NCBI GenBank assembly: GCA_964588395.1
Contig: CAZPPF010000003.1
Location: 1 to 55,471, forward strand
Origin: an uncultured Candidatus Saccharibacteria bacterium
GTDB lineage: Bacteria; Patescibacteriota; Saccharimonadia; Saccharimonadales; CAZPPF01
DNA: 55,471 nt
Direction of reading: 5' to 3'
Shown here: piece after piece, positions 1 through 6,607 of the stretch
How the letters are laid out: each line of letters starts with the position of its first letter
Numbering within the stretch: position 1 is the stretch's first letter
Notes under the pieces: generated by a model
The model's input: the letters and a program-made list of their open reading frames with translations, nothing else
Databases searched by the model: none
Told to the model about the DNA's origin: nothing
Program-made: the position numbers and the translations under genes

Positions 1-1
1 C

Positions 2-439
2 ATCGCTCCAGATTTTGAAGATAAAAAGGAGCAACTTAAAAGCGTACGGCCAACAATTTTTCATGAGGTGTTTCATCAGTACCAAAACTACACAGGCGAG
101 AATGGTCCATTTACCGCAATTGAGAATGCTGTCTATGAGGGTATGGCTACCGTATTTGAACGAGAGTACTGCGGAATCTGGCAGCCATACGGTGATTACA
201 GGGAAACCCCAGAAGAAATAATGAAACAATGGCTGAGAGACCTACAACAGCTCAGCATGAAGGAGTTTCAAGATACTTACAGTGAGTGGAAGTTTTACCA
301 TCCCAAATTTAAAGAACGCTGGATTGTTTATAAAGTTGGCACATGGATTATTGACCAGATTCTTACTAAGAAACACCTTACGATTCTAGACCTAAGCGAG
401 AAAACAGCAGGAGATGTTCTAAAGTTTTACGAGCAGTAG
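2..439 (+). CDS. DUF2268-like predicted Zn-dependent protease, C-terminal part (5' end lies outside the window)
   Basis: The frame stays open from nt 2 to the TAG at 437-439, so the GTG at 68 in the ORF track is internal. The translation ...RPTIFHEVFHQYQNYTGENGP... carries an HExxH zinc-protease motif at nt 62-76. The family assignment is from memory. Confidence 0.6.
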   Translation: MAPDFEDKKEQLKSVRPTIFHEVFHQYQNYTGENGPFTAIENAVYEGMATVFEREYCGIWQPYGDYRETPEEIMKQWLRDLQQLSMKEFQDTYSEWKFYHPKFKERWIVYKVGTWIIDQILTKKHLTILDLSEKTAGDVLKFYEQ

Positions 440-440
440 T

Positions 441-467
441 GTTCTAACCTCGTCAATTACGCTGTAC
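441..467 (+). repeat. 27-nt direct repeat, copy A
   Basis: GTTCTAACCTCGTCAATTACGCTGTAC matches 936-962 at 24/27 positions, and the first 16 nt are identical. It starts 2 nt after the stop codon of the upstream CDS. Confidence 0.6.
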
Positions 468-483
468 AAAGCATAAGCAGTAT

Positions 484-512
484 AACCTCTGCAAAAGAAG
501 GTTTTTTATTTT
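484..512 (+). terminator. Weak intrinsic terminator candidate
   Basis: AACCT (484-488) pairs with AGGTT (499-503) around a 10-nt loop, followed by TTTTATTTT. The stem is only 5 bp. Confidence 0.3.
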
Positions 513-514
513 GC

Positions 515-835
515 ATGGACTACAATACGCCTATGATAAATAAAGTGAAGAAACACAGTAAATTGCTTGTTGCGCTCGTTATCGTTGTTCTTGTTTTGAT
601 AATTTTACATTTTGTTCCCATAAGAAAAGAGACAGGATACCTCAATGGTCTATCTGCAAATCTCTGTATTGGTTATACCAGTCCTGAGAGTATTAATTAT
701 CGAATTATTCCCAATGGCTTCAATAGCTACAAGGTAGGTAAACAGTTTATTACGCCCAGCACACTTGCACGATATGGCTCCAACGAAGCCTTCGGATGCG
801 ATAAGCCAGTCGAAATACATCTTTTCTTACTCTAA
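515..835 (+). CDS. Hypothetical small membrane-anchored protein (106 aa)
   Basis: ATG ORF with one N-terminal hydrophobic helix (LLVALVIVVLVLIILHF). No recognisable domain. Confidence 0.45.
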   Translation: MDYNTPMINKVKKHSKLLVALVIVVLVLIILHFVPIRKETGYLNGLSANLCIGYTSPESINYRIIPNGFNSYKVGKQFITPSTLARYGSNEAFGCDKPVEIHLFLL

Positions 836-935
836 GCGATTAACTATTGTTGTGTCTTGAAGTATCTGCACCCACTACCCAACTCTTCCAGAAGTAAGTT
901 TCAATTCGAATTTACTTGAGCTTCCAGTCAGAAAG

Positions 936-962
936 GTTCTAACCTCGTCAAGAACGTTGTAC
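936..962 (+). repeat. 27-nt direct repeat, copy B
   Basis: GTTCTAACCTCGTCAAGAACGTTGTAC is 24/27 identical to 441-467. It lies in the 380-nt non-coding spacer. Confidence 0.6.
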
Positions 963-1217
963 CACGAATTGCTTAACATATTGTGATAAAAATCATAGTC
1001 AATATGTGAGATAAATTATAGCTACAAACACCTTATCCGACTATTCTGAAAGCAGTAAGGAGGATAAAGAGGTGTTCCGGTACTTTAGACGCTTTATGCG
1101 CCAAACAAACCAAGTACCACGCATGCGTGAGACCTGGCGACAATATTTAGTCTATTAACTGTTCGCACAATTGTCTTTAGTGGTCACGAACCGACTCTTT
1201 ATGTAAGCCTCAAATTC

Positions 1218-1934
1218 TTAATTTTTCGAGTCAGTATCGTCTGGTTGGTGCGAGAAGTAGTAACCTTGTCCCCTAACAGTATGGATAAGATTCTGATTGG
1301 TTAGTTGCTCAAGCTTCCAACGTAACCGCCGAACGTATACATCAAGGCGGTTGCTAGTGTGCAAGTCGTCAATTCCCCAAACATCTTGGAGTAGAGATTC
1401 CCGGGATATTGTGCTTGAAGCCTCAATCATTAGCCGTTTAAGGAGTAGTGCTTCTTTCCGGGTCAGCTTACTAGACATATCCTGTGCAAAAACGGTATGT
1501 GTTGCCATATCAAGGCTTATACCACATTTATCTGCCCAAAATGATGCAAAACTCTTATTATCTCGTCGTACCAAGGCTCTGATACGCGCTATTAATTCAT
1601 TATGGTTTAATGGCTGGACTAGAAAGTCATCAGCACCCAATTCAAGACAGCGAATAAGGCTAATTTTTTGAGTGCTCTCAGAAACCATCAAGATAGGAGT
1701 AGTTACACCCTTTTGCCGAAGACGACGACAGACGTCTGAACCGCTCACTTCTGGTAATTCTTCATCAAGAATTATTATCTGATAGTCGGATTGCTGAGCC
1801 AGTTGGATACCTAGCGAACTTTCCTCAACCACATCTACCACATAGCCGATGCCACGAAGCTTGACTACTAAATCATTAGTTTTCTGATTTATTTCATCAA
1901 TAACTAAAACGTTGGGTACACCCACTCTTTTCAT
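1218..1934 (-). CDS. OmpR-family response regulator (receiver plus winged-helix domain), with no sensor kinase adjacent
   Basis: The receiver shows VLVIDE...IIILDEELPEVSG...PILMVSE. The C-terminal winged helix shows LTRKEALLLKRL...VYVRRLRWKL...IHTVRGQGY. I prefer the internal ATG at 1934 (MKRVGVPNVLVIDE), which has TATATT 7 nt upstream, over the ORF-track start at 1991. Confidence 0.85.
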   Translation of the reverse strand: MKRVGVPNVLVIDEINQKTNDLVVKLRGIGYVVDVVEESSLGIQLAQQSDYQIIILDEELPEVSGSDVCRRLRQKGVTTPILMVSESTQKISLIRCLELGADDFLVQPLNHNELIARIRALVRRDNKSFASFWADKCGISLDMATHTVFAQDMSSKLTRKEALLLKRLMIEASSTISRESLLQDVWGIDDLHTSNRLDVYVRRLRWKLEQLTNQNLIHTVRGQGYYFSHQPDDTDSKN

Positions 1935-2059
1935 ATTACGGAATATATCACGCAGATTAGAAAGTAATGAAAGATTTAAGCAAAAATTCATTTAATATTA
2001 ATGTTTGGGAGAATTTCAGCAAAAAGTAAATTACGGCTTGATGATAAAATTTTAGGTAC

Positions 2060-2150
<91 letters not shown>

Positions 2151-3257
2151 CTAGGCAGAAATTTGTACGAGCCTCGGTGGCTTAGTTTGTTTTGGGGTTT
2201 CAGGTTCGGATTTTATCTTTTCCGTAGACCCTGGCTTACTATCTGCTTCGGGTGCTTTAGGTCTTTTTGGTCGCGTCATGAGTAGATAGGCTAGTAAACC
2301 TCCGGCCAGCACCAAGAATATGGCTGCAAAAATGATAATGTTAGTGTTTGCGTCATGCTGGACCAACTTTATAACTTGCACAGTGGTGTTTTGTACCACC
2401 GAATCGCTCGAGGCAACCTTGGCAATATGATCCTGGGCCTTCCTAACTCCATAGGTAGATAAAGCCACGGTAATAAGCAGGATAATGCCAGTAGTGCCCA
2501 GAGCAATCATAACTCGCCTGGCACCCTTCCGCTTTTCCGTACTCGCGAAGACAATAACCAGCGCACTTAAAACGGCCAGTCCACCGAGTATAAACGGTGC
2601 AATGTGAGCCCATTTGTAATAAGTGGGCACGTTGTGTAACTTGTCAAAGACTGGCTGTTGTTGACCCTTGTCTCCGGTATTGAGGGTGTCCGGCGTAATG
2701 GTGGCGTTGGGCAGAAAATCCTGGTTGGCATTAAAGTCTTGAATAGCTTGTTGAATTTGTGGCTCAATGCTAACCCCAGCTACCCGACAGTTGATATTAA
2801 ATATGTCTGAGGTGTCTGGTATTTGTCCTCGCACACAAACCGGCAAGGCTGCATAACGGCTCCGCGCCTGATTAGTCAGATCTTGGATAAAAGTTTGCTT
2901 GACCCCGCTGACATCTATTGCAAAGGTGGGCTGAGCGGTTTTGCCTTCTAACCAAGGAGTTGTGCCGTCAATGAGTTGTTCGGTGGAGGCTTGCAAAAAC
3001 CCGGGTGTAACCGATTGTTTAATGGCAGCTTTTACTTGCTCGCCGTTATCGTTTGAGTTGCCATCGGTGGTTTGGGCCACCGCGGTCTGACCTTGTTTGG
3101 TCAGGCTATCAATAACAGTACTATAAACATTACCATCATGAAGCCATTTTTTAAGATGGGCTGGGGTAAAAGTGAGTACAATAACGGAGGTAGTTACGGT
3201 CATATACAGCAAAAACAAAAGTACGGCACCAGCCACAAACACCAAAAATTTTCGCAT
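2151..3257 (-). CDS. Hypothetical multi-pass membrane protein with a Lys/Pro-rich C-terminal tail
   Basis: 368-aa ORF with an N-terminal TM (FLVFVAGAVLLFLLYMTV), a large soluble middle region, three or four C-terminal TM helices and the tail KRPKAPEADSKPGSTEKIKSEPETPKQTKPPR. Confidence 0.6.
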   Translation of the reverse strand: MRKFLVFVAGAVLLFLLYMTVTTSVIVLTFTPAHLKKWLHDGNVYSTVIDSLTKQGQTAVAQTTDGNSNDNGEQVKAAIKQSVTPGFLQASTEQLIDGTTPWLEGKTAQPTFAIDVSGVKQTFIQDLTNQARSRYAALPVCVRGQIPDTSDIFNINCRVAGVSIEPQIQQAIQDFNANQDFLPNATITPDTLNTGDKGQQQPVFDKLHNVPTYYKWAHIAPFILGGLAVLSALVIVFASTEKRKGARRVMIALGTTGIILLITVALSTYGVRKAQDHIAKVASSDSVVQNTTVQVIKLVQHDANTNIIIFAAIFLVLAGGLLAYLLMTRPKRPKAPEADSKPGSTEKIKSEPETPKQTKPPRLVQISA

Positions 3258-3283
3258 AAGCGTATTCTAGCATCAAACGTCAG

Positions 3284-5020
3284 TTAAGAACCAAAGAGAA
3301 TCTTTTGACCTGCTTTTGAAGCCCCAAAACTTGTAATAGATGGTGATGTAATAGTAGCTGTAGGTTTATCGCCCGTTGGATCTACGGTTATAACCTTTGA
3401 CCACAGCTTCTTTCCGGTGTGTGGATCGTAGTTATCGATGTAAACATTTGCGGGAGCAAGCGGTGGTTGAGCCCAACTCAGCTGATCTACGTCAGGAATA
3501 TTAACAACACCACCTGCGCTGCTTTCAAAAGTAAAGGTTGTCTCATTGTCGCCGTTTTGAAGCGATTGAACATCGCTGGTTACACCCCCAGTAATAACAG
3601 AATCAACATATCCACTCTTGGCAACCGGAGTTGCGGCTCCCGGTTGGTTCAGCACAGCAATGGTCACCTGTTTATGTTCCTTGCTCTGATATTTGTGGGC
3701 CGCTTCGGCGACTTGTCTGCCCAGAACTGGTCGCTTTGGATGGTGGGAATCGTATTGTTCTTGCTCAAGGCTGGCATCTGGGTAAGGATCGGGTGCACCG
3801 GTGATTGTCAGTCCATCTTCTTCATAAATTTTCCCTGCTTCCAGCTCTACTATTCCTTCGGCTTCAGCTTGTTGTATGGTTTTGTTTGTCCGGTGATTAC
3901 CTTCTGCATCAAACATTTCTACACCCTTGGTCTGTGATGCCAGATTATACAGGCAGAATTGGTCCAAGCTCTCTTGACCAACCACTTCATCGCCCGCATT
4001 AATTGCAAAATTGGCATGAGCTCTGTGAATAATTTTTCCAATAATAGGCATCATGGCAGGATTGCAGTGAAGGCCTGCGAAACTAACCACGGTTACCGTA
4101 CCATCCGTTTTAAAGAGCTTCGGCTCGTTGTCAAAAGCTTTGTCTACCGCCCTTGAAGCTTGATCTGAAAAAGTAGTGATACCTTCTACTCGGTCTACAA
4201 TTTCCACCCCGACATTGTTAATAAGCGTGTTCATCCAGCCGGTTGCAGTCGCACCCTCTAGAAATGAATTGTCAAAAACAGGGCTAACGTTTGGGGTGGG
4301 CTCTGCTTGCAGCAATTGATGTGTTGCGGGTATTGAAGCGCCGGCCAGCATAGTCGCAGCCATTACGAAACGCATGGTATTCTCACTTCCCAATCCCTGT
4401 ACCACATGCTCTCGCCATTCAGGGTTTATGAGCTTTGACTTTGAGATAGCATAGAGCCCCAAAACTCCTCCAAAACCGTACAAAGTGGCCCAGTGCCAAG
4501 CTCCATTTTCGACATTGTTAACATATGGGTCAGCATTTGCCAACAGGCTGATTATGCCGGCAAAGTCTTCTTCGCTCGCATCTTGGCCATCATTAACACG
4601 TATACTTGCCCCTAAACCATGCAAATCGTGGGTAAAGTTTTCCATCGGAATGGAAATGGAACCGGTGAGGCCGGTATGGATAGTCAAGCGGTCATCAACA
4701 GTTGGCCTAGTATTAGCGCTCAGACCTGCGACAGGAGTATCTGTGCCACGCAGCATCATACCCAAAGCACTCGCAGACACAAAAGCCGCTCCCACGAGCG
4801 CCGCTTTGCCCAGAAAACGCCTAATACGATGTTGTTTGACAGATGCCTCAACAACGAGTGGTACCTCAGCTGTCATTACCTCTGATGATGGGTCTGCGTC
4901 AAACTCTTGAAAGGACTCTTGGGCATCAAGTACAGCTACCTCAGGCACGCTTTCAATATGACCATTATTTGAGTGGCCGTTTTGTTGTAAACGGTGTTCA
5001 GTATCCTCAGAGGTACCCAT
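3284..5020 (-). CDS. Hypothetical membrane-anchored protein with a metallophosphoesterase-like central region
   Basis: 578-aa ORF with an acidic N-terminus and TM segments. It contains spaced motifs FAGLHCN ... NAGDEVVG ... AEGNHR that resemble the calcineurin-like DxH / GD / GNH(D/E) series, but the first Asp is missing. Confidence 0.55.
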   Translation of the reverse strand: MGTSEDTEHRLQQNGHSNNGHIESVPEVAVLDAQESFQEFDADPSSEVMTAEVPLVVEASVKQHRIRRFLGKAALVGAAFVSASALGMMLRGTDTPVAGLSANTRPTVDDRLTIHTGLTGSISIPMENFTHDLHGLGASIRVNDGQDASEEDFAGIISLLANADPYVNNVENGAWHWATLYGFGGVLGLYAISKSKLINPEWREHVVQGLGSENTMRFVMAATMLAGASIPATHQLLQAEPTPNVSPVFDNSFLEGATATGWMNTLINNVGVEIVDRVEGITTFSDQASRAVDKAFDNEPKLFKTDGTVTVVSFAGLHCNPAMMPIIGKIIHRAHANFAINAGDEVVGQESLDQFCLYNLASQTKGVEMFDAEGNHRTNKTIQQAEAEGIVELEAGKIYEEDGLTITGAPDPYPDASLEQEQYDSHHPKRPVLGRQVAEAAHKYQSKEHKQVTIAVLNQPGAATPVAKSGYVDSVITGGVTSDVQSLQNGDNETTFTFESSAGGVVNIPDVDQLSWAQPPLAPANVYIDNYDPHTGKKLWSKVITVDPTGDKPTATITSPSITSFGASKAGQKILFGS

Positions 5021-5101
5021 AAATATGCCCTAGTATGCTCTCAATTTATATAATTGCAAGACCACTTTTTTACAACATTTGCAACCAGGTACAATAATAA
5101 T

Positions 5102-5509
5102 ATGAACGAATCAATTTTTACCAAGATTATTAAGGGTGAGATTCCGGCTGAAAAAATCTATGAGGATACACAAACCCTAGCCTTTTTGGATATACATCCG
5201 TTAACGCCTGGCCATACACTGGTTATTCCCAAGATTCAAATGGACAATTTTGATGATTTATCAGACGAAGCTTACGAAGCTTTATGGAAGACAGTGCAAA
5301 AGGTGGCAAAACAAATAAAAACAGTTACGGGTGCTGTAAGAGCCTGTGTGCGAATCGAGGGTTTTGATGTACCCCATGCCCATGTTCATGTATATCCCTG
5401 TAATGTGGCAGAAGACTTCTATGGCGACACTGATCGACTCAATAAAGAACCTGATCACCAGGCGCTGGCCGAAATGGCCAAAAAACTGGCCTTCCCTGGT
5501 GTACAATAA
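5102..5509 (+). CDS. HIT-family (histidine triad) nucleotide hydrolase
   Basis: MNESIFTKIIKGEIPAEKIYEDT...HTLVIPK...VPHAHVHVYP, which contains the HxHxHxx triad. The start is the ATG at 5102, and TACAAT (5090-5095) lies 6 nt upstream. Confidence 0.85.
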   Translation: MNESIFTKIIKGEIPAEKIYEDTQTLAFLDIHPLTPGHTLVIPKIQMDNFDDLSDEAYEALWKTVQKVAKQIKTVTGAVRACVRIEGFDVPHAHVHVYPCNVAEDFYGDTDRLNKEPDHQALAEMAKKLAFPGVQ

Positions 5510-5515
5510 ACGCAT

Positions 5516-5689
5516 ATGAGTAACCTTCTGATTGCCTTTTTGATTGCAGCTGGTAGCTCAGCTTGGATCTATGCCAAAATGTATCGACGGAGCGGTGGTT
5601 TGCGCCAACAAGCCCTCATTGTGGCGGGCGTTTCAGGCCTGGTGGTTTTGTTAATAGCCTGGACGCTTTTAAATACAATAGTGCACTAG
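5516..5689 (+). CDS. Hypothetical small membrane protein (57 aa, below the ORF-track cutoff)
   Basis: ATG 5516 to TAG 5687-5689 translates to MSNLLIAFLIAAGSSAWIYAKMYRRSGGLRQQALIVAGVSGLVVLLIAWTLLNTIVH. It has two hydrophobic helices separated by a basic loop and fills the gap after the HIT gene. Confidence 0.4.
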   Translation: MSNLLIAFLIAAGSSAWIYAKMYRRSGGLRQQALIVAGVSGLVVLLIAWTLLNTIVH

Positions 5690-5743
5690 CCGTATAATAC
5701 TCATTTTCTAGGAAATTCTTATTCTAACTGGTACTATAGGGCT

Positions 5744-6607
5744 ATGGATGAAAAGGGGTTGGGGCGTCGTCTCCAGGAGGCTCGACAGGCGGCCGGTCTA
5801 ACGCAACAACAGCTGTGTCAAAAGGCAGGGTTAAGCTATTCAACACTGGCCAAAATTGAACGCGGGGCTATAAAGTCACCCTCGATTTTTACCATAGGAC
5901 AGATTGCCGCGGTACTCGGTATGTCGCTGGACGCGTTGGCTGGATCCCCTGCCCCGCTTACGCCTCAAAATGAAAAGAAACGCTCTAAAAGCGGTGTTAG
6001 CTTTGTATTTTTTGATGTGAACGGTTGTTTGGTGCGGTTTTTTCACCGAGCGTTTACGCGCCTGGCTGAGGAAACCGGCACACCCTCGGATATTATCGAA
6101 ACAGCCTTCTGGCACTTTAATGATGCAGTTTGTCGGGGAGAGATGAGTCTGGACGATTTCAACCTGACTTTAGCCCAACAGCTCCATATTGATGGACTTG
6201 ATTGGCAGAAGTACTACCTAGAAGCAATTGATCCGATTCCGGAGATGCACGAGCTAGTTCGCTGGGCCGCTGATAGATATGACGTGGGGTTGCTCACCAA
6301 TATTATGCCTGGATTCCTAGATGCTATGAAAGAACACGGTTTGATCCCGAATGTAGCGTACGCTGCTATTATTGATTCTTCTGCGGTAGGCGCAATCAAG
6401 CCGGACCCGAAGATTTACGAAGCGGCTATGGCGATTGCAGCCCGGCCACCTGCCGAAATCTTGTTGGTTGATGACAGTCGGGCCAATGTCATGGCCGCCG
6501 AGCGGTTGGGTTGGCACGTACTATGGTTTGACGACTACCGTCCAGACGAATCAGTTACACGTATTCGTACTACACTGGAAGTGACCGAGGACTCCCCTAC
6601 CCCTTAA
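5744..6607 (+). CDS. Fusion protein: XRE-type helix-turn-helix domain plus HAD-superfamily hydrolase
   Basis: The N-terminus LGRRLQEARQAAGLTQQQLCQKAGLSYSTLAKIERG is a Cro/C1 HTH. The C-terminal part has HAD motifs: FVFFDVNGCL (motif I), LLTN (II) and VDDSRANV (IV). Confidence 0.8.
   Translation: MDEKGLGRRLQEARQAAGLTQQQLCQKAGLSYSTLAKIERGAIKSPSIFTIGQIAAVLGMSLDALAGSPAPLTPQNEKKRSKSGVSFVFFDVNGCLVRFFHRAFTRLAEETGTPSDIIETAFWHFNDAVCRGEMSLDDFNLTLAQQLHIDGLDWQKYYLEAIDPIPEMHELVRWAADRYDVGLLTNIMPGFLDAMKEHGLIPNVAYAAIIDSSAVGAIKPDPKIYEAAMAIAARPPAEILLVDDSRANVMAAERLGWHVLWFDDYRPDESVTRIRTTLEVTEDSPTP

Noticed and set aside
1297-1671. 124-aa + strand ORF inside the response-regulator gene, and similar antisense ORFs inside valS, groEL, the P-type ATPase, polA and others
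   Set aside because: These are shadow ORFs opposite strongly supported genes. Their composition is Ser/Arg/Leu-rich and no start signals are present.
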